DNA of 64,000 bases from positions 73 to 64,072 of the forward strand of contig DATIOC010000043.1 in NCBI GenBank assembly GCA_035473555.1, read 5' to 3'. Positions 8,338 to 17,077 of the stretch are shown one piece after another; the first letter of the stretch is position 1; every line of letters starts with the position of its first letter. The notes under the pieces are model-generated. The model ran no database searches. It saw only the letters and a program-made list of their open reading frames with translations, and was not told the DNA's origin. This DNA comes from Solirubrobacterales bacterium. GTDB taxonomy: Bacteria > Actinomycetota > Thermoleophilia > Solirubrobacterales > 70-9. A program made the translations under genes and the position numbers.

Positions 8338-9501
8338 TTAGTTGAGGCGTTCCACCAGCATGGCCTTGCCCTGGCCACCCGCTACGCACATCGTCTCCAG
8401 CCCGACCTGCTTGTCGTCGGTCTCGAGGACGTTGAGCAGGGTGCCCATGATCCGGGCGCCGGTCATCCCGAAGGGGTGGCCGAGGGCGATTGCGCCGCCG
8501 TGGGTGTTGAGCTTGTCTTCGTCGATCCCGCATTCGGCCATGATCGGGATCACCTGGGCCGCGAAGGCCTCGTTCAGCTCGACCCGGTCGACGTCGCCGA
8601 TCGTCATCCCGGCGCGGTCGAGGACCTTCTTGATCGCGCCGATCGGGGCGACGCCCATCAGCTCCGGCTCGTTGCCGTGGGTGGCGGCGGTGATGATCCG
8701 CGCCCGCGGGGTGAGGCCGAGCTCCTTGGCCTTGGTGTCGCTCATCAGCAGCACCGCGGCGGCGCCGTCGTTCAGCGGGCAGGAGTTGCCGGCGGTGACG
8801 CCGCCGCCGCCCTCGAAGGCCTCCGGCAGTTCGGAGAGCTTCTCCAGGGTCGAGGAGGCGCGGGGGCCGTCGTCCTTGCTGACCTCGGTGCCGTCCTCGA
8901 GCTTGACCGGGACGATCTCGCGGTCGAAGAAGCCGTCCTCCTGCGAGCGGACGGCCAGTTCCTGCGAGCGCTGCGCGAACTTGTCCATGTCGGCGCGGCT
9001 GACCTCGTACTTCTTGGCGACGTTGACCGCGGTGATGCCCATGTCGATGTAGGCGTTGGGCTGGCCGTTCTCGCCGATCAGGTTGGGGTTGCGGTCGGCG
9101 GCGCCGGCGGGCTCGGTGCGCTCGTTGAACCTGCTCACCCACTCGACCCCGACGGCGAGGTAGGCGTCCCCCTCGCCGGCCTTGATCGCGTTGCCCGCGT
9201 GGCGGATCGCGTCGAGGCTGGAGGAGCAGTAGCGGGAGACGGTGACCCCGTTGACCTCCTGCGGCAGCTTCTCGCTGAGCAGGGAGATGATCCGGCCGAT
9301 GTTGAAGGCCTCGAGGCCCTGCGGCATGCCGACGCCGCAGAAGACGTCTTCGATCAGGGCGGGGTCGACCTCGGGGTTGCGCTCGAGCAGCTGGTCGACC
9401 ACGTAGGCGCCCGTCTCCTCGGGCCGCAGCTGGGCCAGCGAGCCCTTGAAGGCACGGCCGATCGGCGTGCGGATGGTGTCGACGATGACTGCTTCAGGCA
9501 T
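8338..9501 (-). CDS. Acetyl-CoA C-acyltransferase (thiolase)
   Basis: 387-aa ORF with MPEAVIVDTIRTPIGRAFKGSL, ...VSRYCSSSLDA (active-site Cys), ...NEAFAAQ..., ...GGAIALGHPFGMTGAR..., CVAGGQG. Confidence 0.92.
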   Translation of the reverse strand: MPEAVIVDTIRTPIGRAFKGSLAQLRPEETGAYVVDQLLERNPEVDPALIEDVFCGVGMPQGLEAFNIGRIISLLSEKLPQEVNGVTVSRYCSSSLDAIRHAGNAIKAGEGDAYLAVGVEWVSRFNERTEPAGAADRNPNLIGENGQPNAYIDMGITAVNVAKKYEVSRADMDKFAQRSQELAVRSQEDGFFDREIVPVKLEDGTEVSKDDGPRASSTLEKLSELPEAFEGGGGVTAGNSCPLNDGAAAVLLMSDTKAKELGLTPRARIITAATHGNEPELMGVAPIGAIKKVLDRAGMTIGDVDRVELNEAFAAQVIPIMAECGIDEDKLNTHGGAIALGHPFGMTGARIMGTLLNVLETDDKQVGLETMCVAGGQGKAMLVERLN

Positions 9502-9695
9502 TCCTTTATCTCCTTGAAGGCTGGGAAGGGCTTGCGACTGCGGCAGCAGGGTAGTTGACGGGCGTCATGGACGTTTCGTGCGGATTCGCACAAAGATTGG
9601 CGGGAGCGTCTTGAACCTGCGTTACATTCGCCTCAATCCACCTCGCGCTGTGCGTGAGATTTGCCGCTCGGCGGCAAAGAAAGGAGGGCCCTTTC

Positions 9696-9842
9696 ATGCC
9701 TGAGGGTTACTGCGTCAAAGAGCGTAAGAAGGTCGAGATCAAAGACGCCAAACAGGTGACGATGAAGAACGGTCGCCCGGCGATCCAGGGTTTCTGCCCG
9801 GATTGCGGGACGAAAATCTTCAAGATCGGGAAACTCGAATAG
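9696..9842 (+). CDS. Small zinc-ribbon protein (DUF5679-like)
   Basis: MPEGYCVKERKKVEIKDAKQVTMKNGRPAIQGFCPDCGTKIFKIGKLE. The RBS AAGGAGGG lies 8 nt upstream of ATG 9696. Cys pairs C-x...CPDC are present. Confidence 0.75.
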   Translation: MPEGYCVKERKKVEIKDAKQVTMKNGRPAIQGFCPDCGTKIFKIGKLE

Positions 9843-9863
9843 GGCCCTCCCCGAGGGGAATTT

Positions 9864-9888
9864 GAACCCGGCAGTGCCGGGGAGCGTA
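9864..9888 (+). promoter_or_regulatory. Possible ECF-type promoter (GAAC - 17 nt - CGT)
   Basis: tGAAC at 9864-9867 and CGT at 9885-9887, directly abutting ATG 9888. If this promoter is real, the sigma gene may start at ATG 9900 on a near-leaderless mRNA. Pattern match only. Confidence 0.25.
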
Positions 9889-10427
9889 TGCCGGGTCGGA
9901 TGATCCAGTTGGGAACTTCGACCAGAGGCGCGCTCAGCCGCGAACGCGACGTCCGCGAGGCCTACGCCGCCCATTCGGGCGAGTTGTACGGCTTCGCGGT
10001 TCGTTCGCTCGGCGACAACGGCCTCGCCGAAGAGGCCGTCCAGGAGACCTTCGTCCGCGCCTGGCGGGCCGGGGACCGCTTCGACCCGAAGATCGGCTCG
10101 CTGCGGACCTGGCTGTTCGCGATCCTCCGCAACGTCGTCATCGACTTAGGGCGGGCGCGGGCGGTGCGGCCCGGCGTCGCCGAGGGCGGAGTCGAGCCTT
10201 CGGTCGAACCGCTCGACGAGGCGCTGCTCGCCTGGCAGGTCGAGGAGGCGATGCGGCGGCTCGGAGAGGACCACCGGCGGGTCCTGGTCGAGACCTACTA
10301 CCGCGGCCGGCCCTATGCCGAGGTGGCGGAGGAGCTGGGGGTGCCGGAGGGCACCGTCAAGAGCCGCGTCTACTACGGGCTGCGGGCGCTGCGGGTCGTG
10401 CTCGAGGAGATGGGCTATGAAGACTAG
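9888..10427 (+). CDS. ECF (group IV) RNA polymerase sigma factor
   Basis: Region 2 (AEEAVQETFVRAWRAGDRFDP...LRTWLFAILRNVVIDLGR) and region 4 (YYRGRPYAEVAEELGVPEGTVKSRVYYGLRAL). Confidence 0.9.
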   Translation: MPGRMIQLGTSTRGALSRERDVREAYAAHSGELYGFAVRSLGDNGLAEEAVQETFVRAWRAGDRFDPKIGSLRTWLFAILRNVVIDLGRARAVRPGVAEGGVEPSVEPLDEALLAWQVEEAMRRLGEDHRRVLVETYYRGRPYAEVAEELGVPEGTVKSRVYYGLRALRVVLEEMGYED

Positions 10428-11127
10428 GAACGAGTGCCGCGAATGGCGCGAGCTGCTCGGCGCCTACGCGCTCGGGCACCTGGAGGGCGACGAGCGCGCC
10501 GGCCTCGAGGCGCACCTCGAGGGCTGCCCCGGCTGCCGCGAGGAGCTCGCGGCGCTGGCGCCGGTGGCGCAGATGCTCCCCCACGCCGACCCGGCGCGGT
10601 TCGAGCTGGCGCCGCAGCCGCCGCCCGAGCTGGGGCGGCGGATCGCGGCGACGATCGAGGGCGAGAAGCAGCGGACCCAGCAGCGCCGGCGGCGGCGCCT
10701 CTTCGGCGGCCTCGCCTTCGGCGGGGTGACCGCGGCCGCGGTGGCGGCGGTCCTGCTCCTCTTCGTCTTCGGCGGCAGCGACGGCACGGACGCCGGCCAG
10801 CCGGTCCAGTTCACCGATCTTCCCGAGGGCATCAGCATTTCGGCCACGCTGGAGCCCCATGCCTACGGCACCGAGATCCACATGTACGTGCACGGGGTGC
10901 CCTCGGGAACCCTTTGCCGGGTCTGGCTGAAGGGGCCCGGTGGGGCCTCCTATCCCGCCGGCACCTTCCGCTACCGCTGGGGCGACGACTCCGACGCGGT
11001 GCTGAGCTCGGCGCTCGACATCTCGCGGACGCGGGAGGTCGTGGTCGACACGGGGAAGCGCACCTTCGTCGCACCGGTGAACCCGCCGGGCGCGACGGCA
11101 ACGATCGGACAGGAGGAATCGACGTGA
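10417..11127 (+). CDS. Anti-sigma factor (zf-HC2, single-pass membrane)
   Basis: MKTRNECREWRELLGAYALGHLEGDERAGLEAHLEGCPGCREEL carries the H-x3-C-x2-C motif. A central TM segment (FGGLAFGGVTAAAVAAVLLLFVF) is present. The gene overlaps the sigma gene's end. Confidence 0.8.
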   Translation: MKTRNECREWRELLGAYALGHLEGDERAGLEAHLEGCPGCREELAALAPVAQMLPHADPARFELAPQPPPELGRRIAATIEGEKQRTQQRRRRRLFGGLAFGGVTAAAVAAVLLLFVFGGSDGTDAGQPVQFTDLPEGISISATLEPHAYGTEIHMYVHGVPSGTLCRVWLKGPGGASYPAGTFRYRWGDDSDAVLSSALDISRTREVVVDTGKRTFVAPVNPPGATATIGQEEST

Positions 11128-11684
11128 AGAAGACCATCTACGGGCTCTGCCTGCTCGCCGTGCTGGCAGTGGCGGTCGCCGGTTGCGGCGGCGGCGACAG
11201 CACCAGCGGCGGAGGCGTCTACGGCAGCGGCGGGAGCGAAAGCACCACCGAAACGAGCTCGGGCGGCCGCTACGGCGGCGAAGGCGGCGAAAAGACGACC
11301 GCGAGTAGCGGCGGCGGCAGCGTCGGCGTGGTCAAAGCGGCCAAGGTCGGCGACCTCGGGACGATCATCGTCGACTCCAAAGGGCTCACCCTCTACGACT
11401 TCCACAAGGACAAGGGAGGGAAGTCCTCCTGCTACGGCGCCTGCGCCGGCGCCTGGCCCCCGCTCCTGACCGGAGGCGAACCGAAGGCCGAAGCCGGAGC
11501 GATGGCGAGCCAGCTGGGCACGACCAAGCGCAAAGACGGCACCGTCCAGGTCACCTACGCCGGCTGGCCGCTCTACACCTACGTGGGCGACAAGGGCCCG
11601 GGCGAAGCCAACGGCAACGACTTCTCCCAGTTCGGCGCCCAGTGGTACGCGCTGATGCCGAACGGCGAAGAGCCCGGCGACTGA
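11124..11684 (+). CDS. Secreted lipoprotein, COG4315-type repeat (Y-x-F/Y-x-x-D and C-Y-G-x-C motifs)
   Basis: GTG 11124 overlaps the upstream TGA, with an AGGAGG RBS. Lipobox LAVAVAGCGG. Also LTLYDFHKDKGGKSSCYGACAGAWPP and WPLYTYVGD. Confidence 0.75.
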   Translation: MKKTIYGLCLLAVLAVAVAGCGGGDSTSGGGVYGSGGSESTTETSSGGRYGGEGGEKTTASSGGGSVGVVKAAKVGDLGTIIVDSKGLTLYDFHKDKGGKSSCYGACAGAWPPLLTGGEPKAEAGAMASQLGTTKRKDGTVQVTYAGWPLYTYVGDKGPGEANGNDFSQFGAQWYALMPNGEEPGD

Positions 11685-11725
11685 GCGCCGGTCACTGCTA
11701 AAAGGTTCTCCACTGTTCGAGTAGA

Positions 11726-11751
11726 GTCCCTGCGGCTGTGGTCGCAGGGAC
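11726..11751 (+). other. 9-bp perfect hairpin (GTCCCTGCG-N8-CGCAGGGAC) between the two lipoprotein paralogues
   Basis: Read directly from the sequence. It may be a U-less terminator or a processing site. Confidence 0.3.
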
Positions 11752-11769
11752 CGAACAGGGGGAGTCACG

Positions 11770-12276
11770 GTGAGCCGAGCCGCGTACGCGCTCTGCCTGC
11801 TCGCGGCGCTTGCGGTTGCGGCCGCCGGCTGCGGTGAGAGCACCTCTGGCGTGGCCACCGGCGAAAACCCGACTCCGACCACCACCACGGCTCCCGAAAC
11901 CAGCGACCAGCCCAAAAAGGGCGCCTGGGGTGTCGTCTTCGCGGCCGAAGGCGAACCGCTCGGCCTGATCCTCTACGACCTCTCGGGTCACACCCTCTAC
12001 ACCTTCAGCAAGGACCAAGGGGGTGCTTCGTCCTGTTACGGCGCCTGCGCCAAGACCTGGCCCCCCGCCCTGACCGAAGGCAAGCCGAGAGCCGAGGGCG
12101 TACCTCCCAGCAAAGTCGGCACGACGAAGCGCGAGGACCGCACCGTCCAGCTCACCTACGCCGGCCATCCCCTCTACACCTACGCCCCCGACAAGTCGAG
12201 CGAGGTCAAAGGCAACGGCGCCCACGCCTTCGGAGGCGAGTGGTCCGCAATCCGCCCAAGCGGCGAAAAGCCCTGA
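11770..12276 (+). CDS. Secreted lipoprotein, COG4315-type (paralogue of 11124..11684)
   Basis: Lipobox LAVAAAGCGE, HTLYTFSKDQGGASSCYGACAKTWPP, HPLYTYAPD. The architecture matches the upstream gene. Confidence 0.75.
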   Translation: MSRAAYALCLLAALAVAAAGCGESTSGVATGENPTPTTTTAPETSDQPKKGAWGVVFAAEGEPLGLILYDLSGHTLYTFSKDQGGASSCYGACAKTWPPALTEGKPRAEGVPPSKVGTTKREDRTVQLTYAGHPLYTYAPDKSSEVKGNGAHAFGGEWSAIRPSGEKP

Positions 12277-12284
12277 GCCGGCGC

Positions 12285-12932
12285 TCAGTCTTCGGAGACG
12301 CCGCTTAGCTTGGCGCGCTTGCGGTAGCTGAGCTTTGGCGGGACCAGCTCGCGGATCTCGGAGAGGAGGCGGGCGGAGAGGGCGCCGGGGTCCTCGCCGG
12401 GGCGGGGCTGACCGCTGACCGGGTCGAAGAAGCGGAGGTGGAGGTGGGGACGGCGGGGGAAGCCGGTCAGCTCGGTCGTGCCGTCGATCGCGACCAGGGT
12501 GACGTGGGCCTCGGGCACCTCGAGCGCGAGGCGGCCGATGCCGCTGCGGGCGCGCAGGACCTTGCCCTTGGAGCGGGTGCCCTCGGGGAAGACGCCGATG
12601 CAGGCGCCGGCACGCAGGGTCTCGATCGCTTTCGCCAGCGCGTCCTTGTCCCCCTTGCCGCGCTGGATCGGGATCTGCCCCATGCCGTTGAGGATCGGCG
12701 CCAGGCCGCGGACGTCCCAGAGCTCGGATTTGGCCAGGGCGCGGATCTGGCGCCGCTTGCGGGCGGCGATGCCGACCATCACCGGGTCCCAGTGGCTGTC
12801 GTGGTTGCCGAGGATCAGCAGCGGCCCGGACTCGGGCAGCGCCTCGAGCCCCTCGACCTTCAGCCGGCCCCACCAGGCGACCGGCAGGTTGACGGCCATC
12901 GCCGCGGCGTAGGTACGGGTTCGCTCGCGCAT
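12285..12932 (-). CDS. 1-acyl-sn-glycerol-3-phosphate / lysophospholipid acyltransferase (PlsC family)
   Basis: HX4D motif (GNHDSHWDP) and the FPEGTRS motif. Confidence 0.85.
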   Translation of the reverse strand: MRERTRTYAAAMAVNLPVAWWGRLKVEGLEALPESGPLLILGNHDSHWDPVMVGIAARKRRQIRALAKSELWDVRGLAPILNGMGQIPIQRGKGDKDALAKAIETLRAGACIGVFPEGTRSKGKVLRARSGIGRLALEVPEAHVTLVAIDGTTELTGFPRRPHLHLRFFDPVSGQPRPGEDPGALSARLLSEIRELVPPKLSYRKRAKLSGVSED

Positions 12933-13021
12933 CCGGACGGAGTTCTACGCGTTCCGACGGCCGCGCGTCAGCCGGGGGCCCGGCCTCGGCAATATGGAGG
13001 GCTCAGCGACGAAAGGAATCG

Positions 13022-14035
13022 ATGGGCGGGGACAGCACTCAGCACGGCGGCGGCATCGAGGTCGAAGCGCTCGTCCGCGAGTTCAAGAACGGGCCGCGGG
13101 CGGTCGACGGGATCGACCTCGAGGTCGCCCAGGGCGAGATCTACGGCTTTCTCGGCCCCAACGGCGCCGGCAAGTCGACGACGGTGCTGATGCTCACCAC
13201 CCTCCTCCCTCCCACCTCCGGCAGCGCCCGGGTCGGCGGCTTCGACGTCGTCTCCGAAGGGCCGCAGGTCCGCTCGACGATCGGCGCCGCCCTGCAGGAG
13301 GCCGCCCTCGACCCGCTGCTGACCGGCCGCGAGCACATGCGCCTGCAGACCGCGATGCACGGTCTCGGCAAGGCCGAGCGCGCCGAGCGCGGCGGCGAAC
13401 TGCTGGAGCGGGTCGGGCTCTCCCACGCGGCCGACCGCAAGGTCGGCGGCTACTCGGGCGGGATGAAACGCCGACTCGACCTCGCCCTGGCGCTCGCCCA
13501 CCGGCCGCGCATCCTCTTCCTCGACGAGCCGACCACCGGGCTCGACATCCAGAGCCGAACCGCGCTCTGGGAAGAGGTCTCGCGGCTCGCCGGCGAGGAC
13601 GGGGTCACCGTCTTCCTCACCACCCAGTACCTCGAGGAGGCCGACGCGCTCGCCAACCGGGTCGGGATCATCGACCACGGCCACCTCGTCGCCGAGGGCA
13701 CGCCGGCCGAGCTGAAGGCGGAGATCGGCCGCCCGACGGTCGAGGCGATCCCCCGCTCCGAGGAGGACCGCGAGCGGATGGCCGCCGTCCTCGGCCGCTT
13801 CGGCGAGCAGACCGGCGGCTCGCCGCGGGCCGTCGCCGTCCGCCTCGAGGGCGGCGAGTCGCAGCTGGCCGAGGTGGTGCGGGCGCTCGACGCCGAGGGG
13901 ATCGCGATCGAGCACCTGCAACTGCACGCACCCTCGCTCGACGACGTCTTCCTCGCCAAGACCGGCCGCTCGCTGGAGGGCGCCGACGAGGAGGAGGCGG
14001 AGGGCGCCGAGGCCGAGGCAGGCGCGCCGGCGTGA
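13022..14035 (+). CDS. ABC transporter ATP-binding protein (DrrA-like, ABC-2 exporter)
   Basis: Walker A GPNGAGKST, signature YSGGMKRRL, Walker B ILFLDEPTTGLD. Confidence 0.9.
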   Translation: MGGDSTQHGGGIEVEALVREFKNGPRAVDGIDLEVAQGEIYGFLGPNGAGKSTTVLMLTTLLPPTSGSARVGGFDVVSEGPQVRSTIGAALQEAALDPLLTGREHMRLQTAMHGLGKAERAERGGELLERVGLSHAADRKVGGYSGGMKRRLDLALALAHRPRILFLDEPTTGLDIQSRTALWEEVSRLAGEDGVTVFLTTQYLEEADALANRVGIIDHGHLVAEGTPAELKAEIGRPTVEAIPRSEEDRERMAAVLGRFGEQTGGSPRAVAVRLEGGESQLAEVVRALDAEGIAIEHLQLHAPSLDDVFLAKTGRSLEGADEEEAEGAEAEAGAPA

Positions 14036-14811
14036 GCGTCAGCCTCCGCACCCAGGTCGGCCAGCTGGCGCACCGCTCGGTCCTGCGGACCGCGCGCCAG
14101 CCGGCGCAGATCGTCCCCGCGATCGTCTTCCCGCTGTTCCTCCTCGCGGTCAACTCCGGCGGCCTCAAAGACGCGACCAACCTGCCCGGCTTCCCGACCG
14201 ACTCTTACCTCACCTTCATCCTCGCCGTGCCCTTCATCCAGGGGGCGCTGTTCTCGGTGATGAACTCGGGCACCGACCTCGCCCGCGACATCGAGACCGG
14301 CTTCCTCAACCGCCTGGCGCTGACCCCGCTGCGCGGTGCGGCGCTGCTCAGCGGGCTGCTGGCGGGGGCCTTCGTGCTCGGCGTCGTCCAGGCGGTCGTC
14401 TACCTCACGGTCGGCCTCCTCGCCGGCGCCGAACTCGTCACCGGCCCGGCGGGCGGGCTGGTGCTGATCGCCCTCTCGGTCTCGATCACCGTCGCCTTCG
14501 GCACGATCGGCCTCTTCGCGGCGCTGCGCTTCGGCTCCGGCGAGGCGGTCCAGGGGCTGTTCCCGGTCTTCTTCGTCTTCCTCTTCCTCTCGGCGATGGC
14601 GCTGCCGCTCGACCTGCTGACCACCGACTGGTTCCACACGATCGCCAGCGTCAACCCGGTCACCTACCTGCTGGAGGCGATCCGCTCGCTGCTGTTCGAA
14701 GGCTGGAACCTCGGCGACCTGGCGCTCGGCTTCGGCATCGCCGCGGCGATCGGGGTGCTGGGGATGCTGGCGGCGAGCAGCGCCCTGAAGACGAGGCTGG
14801 TGCGGACGTGA
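14032..14811 (+). CDS. ABC-2 type transporter permease
   Basis: In frame within ORF 12994..14811. GTG 14032 overlaps the ATPase TGA. Six hydrophobic segments are present, plus the ...NPVTYLLEAIRSL... motif. Confidence 0.8.
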   Translation: MSVSLRTQVGQLAHRSVLRTARQPAQIVPAIVFPLFLLAVNSGGLKDATNLPGFPTDSYLTFILAVPFIQGALFSVMNSGTDLARDIETGFLNRLALTPLRGAALLSGLLAGAFVLGVVQAVVYLTVGLLAGAELVTGPAGGLVLIALSVSITVAFGTIGLFAALRFGSGEAVQGLFPVFFVFLFLSAMALPLDLLTTDWFHTIASVNPVTYLLEAIRSLLFEGWNLGDLALGFGIAAAIGVLGMLAASSALKTRLVRT

Positions 14812-15593
14812 ACGCGAACCGGCCCGTAGGTGCCTCCACCGTCGCCCGCGCGGTGGCCTGGCGCAGCATCCACAACTTCCTCACCAACCCGGCCTTCCTG
14901 GTCCCCTCGCTGCTCTTCCCGCTCTTCTTCTTCGTCTCTTTCGCCGGTGGTCTGGCGGCGATCGGCGAAGTCCCGGGCTTCGACTTCCCCAGCGGCTACA
15001 CCGCCTTCCAGTTCGTCTTCGTCCTCCTCCAGTCGGCGGCCTTCGGCGGCGTCTTCACCGGCTTCGCGATGGCGCGGGACTTCGAGACCGGCTTCGGCCG
15101 CCGCTACATGCTCGCCGCCAGCCGCCGCAGCGGCATCGTCGCCGGCTACGCCCTCGCCGCCCTCTTCCGCGCCTTCGTCACCTGGACGGTGCTGACCGCG
15201 GTGGCGCTGATCGCCCAGATGGACGTCGGCGGCAGCGCCGGCGAAATCGTCGCCCTCTACGCGCTGGCGATCCTGGTCAACGTGGCGGCGACGATGTGGG
15301 CCGCCGGGGTGGCCCTGCGAGTCCGCTCGATCCAGGGCGGCCCGCTGATGCAGTTCCCCGTCTTCCTAATCCTCTTCCTGGCCCCCGTCTACGTCCCCCT
15401 CGACCTCCTCAGCGGCTGGATCCACGCCATAGCCTCCATCAACCCAGTTACGGCCCTGCTGGAGGCCGGCCGAGGCTTCATCTCCGGCGACCCCGTCCTG
15501 GTAGGAGCAGCCTTCGCAATAGGCCTGGCCCTCACCGTCCTCTTCTCCCTCTGGGCTCGCACCGGCCTCCGCAACGCCGAAGCGGCGGGCTAA
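14808..15593 (+). CDS. ABC-2 type transporter permease (second subunit)
   Basis: 261-aa ORF. GTG 14808 overlaps the upstream TGA. Polytopic membrane protein with ...INPVTALLEAGR.... Confidence 0.8.
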   Translation: MNANRPVGASTVARAVAWRSIHNFLTNPAFLVPSLLFPLFFFVSFAGGLAAIGEVPGFDFPSGYTAFQFVFVLLQSAAFGGVFTGFAMARDFETGFGRRYMLAASRRSGIVAGYALAALFRAFVTWTVLTAVALIAQMDVGGSAGEIVALYALAILVNVAATMWAAGVALRVRSIQGGPLMQFPVFLILFLAPVYVPLDLLSGWIHAIASINPVTALLEAGRGFISGDPVLVGAAFAIGLALTVLFSLWARTGLRNAEAAG

Positions 15594-15718
15594 CCAGTTC
15601 GAGTCATCTAAGTGATGAAAGTCACGCCCCTGTAACAGCAACAAGGCGAACCTCCATGTTCTTGGCTCCCCAGGCAGAAACCCGGCACTGTTCTGCAGTT
15701 CACATTTGACGATCTAAA

Positions 15719-16141
15719 GTGTCTTTCGTGACGCAGAGACCGCTGGAGCTGATTCTTGCCCGGAACCTGATGTCGGCCCTCTCGACGCCGGCCTTCCTGG
15801 TCGACGAGGGCGGACTGCTCGTCTTCTACAACGAGGCGGCCGGGATGCTGCTCGGCAAACGCTTCGAGGAGCTCGGCGCCGTCGGCCCGCAGGAGTGGGG
15901 CTCGCTCTTCGGCCCCTTCGACGAGAGCGGCGAGCCGATCCCCTACGACGACCTGCCGATCGTCCGCGCCGTCCGCGCCGGCCGCCCCTCCCACGCCGAG
16001 ATGACCGTCCGCTCGACCGACGGCACCGAGCACCACGTCGAGGTCTCGGCCTTCCCGATCCTCACCGCCCACGGCTCGCAGGGCGCGATCGCCGTCTTCT
16101 GGCCCTCGCTGACGAACGGCAACGGAGCGGGGCCGGCGTGA
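15719..16141 (+). CDS. Stand-alone PAS domain protein
   Basis: 140 aa with ...PAFLVDEGGLLVFYNEAAGMLLGKRFEE...HVEVSAFPIL.... This is a PAS-fold pattern with no output domain. Confidence 0.65.
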   Translation: MSFVTQRPLELILARNLMSALSTPAFLVDEGGLLVFYNEAAGMLLGKRFEELGAVGPQEWGSLFGPFDESGEPIPYDDLPIVRAVRAGRPSHAEMTVRSTDGTEHHVEVSAFPILTAHGSQGAIAVFWPSLTNGNGAGPA

Positions 16142-17019
16142 AGGTCAAGCTCTGGGGGACGCGCGGCTCGATCCCGGCCCCAGGGCCGGAAACGATCCGC
16201 TACGGCGGCAACACCTCCTGCGTCGGCGTCACCCTCTCCGACGGCTCGATGCTGGCGCTCGACGCCGGCACCGGGATCCGCTGCCTCGGCCTCGCCCAGC
16301 CCGACGAGCCGGCCCGCCTCCACATCCTCCTCACCCACCTCCACCTCGACCACATCCAGGGCCTCGTCTTCTTCGCCCCCGCCTTCCGCCCCCAGACCGA
16401 GATCGTGATCTGGGGCCCGGCCTCCCCCGAGGCCTCGCTGCGCGACCGCATCGCCCGTTACATCTCCGCCCCGCTCTCGCCGGTGGAGGTGCGCGAGCTG
16501 CCCTGCGACGTCTCCTTCCGCCACTGCCCGGAGAGCGAGTGGGAGATCGGCTCCGCCCGGATCCGCGCCGCCTCGGTCTCCCACCGCGGCCCGACCCTCG
16601 GCTACCGGATCGACGACGGCGACTCCTCCCTCGCCTACATCCCCGACCACGAGCCGGCGCTCGGCGCCGACCTCGACGCGCTCGAGGAGGACTGGATCTC
16701 CGGCTTCGCCCTCGCCCAGGACGCCTCGCTGCTGATCCACGACGGCCAGTACACCGACGCCGAGTACCCCTGCCACGTCGGCTGGGGCCACTCGGCGACC
16801 TCGCACGCGCTCAGCTTCGCGCGGCGGACCGGCGCCGACCGCACCGTCCTCTTCCACCACGACCCGCTCCACTCCGACGACCAGCTCGACGAGCTCGGCC
16901 GCGAAGCGCGCGACCGCTGGATCGGGTTCGGCGGCGACCCGGCGCGGATCGAGCTGGGCGCCGAGCGGGCCGAGTACGAGCTCCCCGCCCGCGCGGCCAG
17001 CGCCGCGGCGACCGCCTGA
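16138..17019 (+). CDS. MBL-fold metallo-hydrolase
   Basis: GTG 16138 overlaps the PAS gene's TGA. Sequence KLWGTRGSIPAPGPETIRYGGNTSCV, with the HxHxDH motif (LTHLHLDHIQG). Confidence 0.8.
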   Translation: MKVKLWGTRGSIPAPGPETIRYGGNTSCVGVTLSDGSMLALDAGTGIRCLGLAQPDEPARLHILLTHLHLDHIQGLVFFAPAFRPQTEIVIWGPASPEASLRDRIARYISAPLSPVEVRELPCDVSFRHCPESEWEIGSARIRAASVSHRGPTLGYRIDDGDSSLAYIPDHEPALGADLDALEEDWISGFALAQDASLLIHDGQYTDAEYPCHVGWGHSATSHALSFARRTGADRTVLFHHDPLHSDDQLDELGREARDRWIGFGGDPARIELGAERAEYELPARAASAAATA

Positions 17020-17077
17020 GTCTCAGGCACCTCTTTAGATCGGCAAGCCGAGGCAAACGATCATCTAGGCTGGCTGC

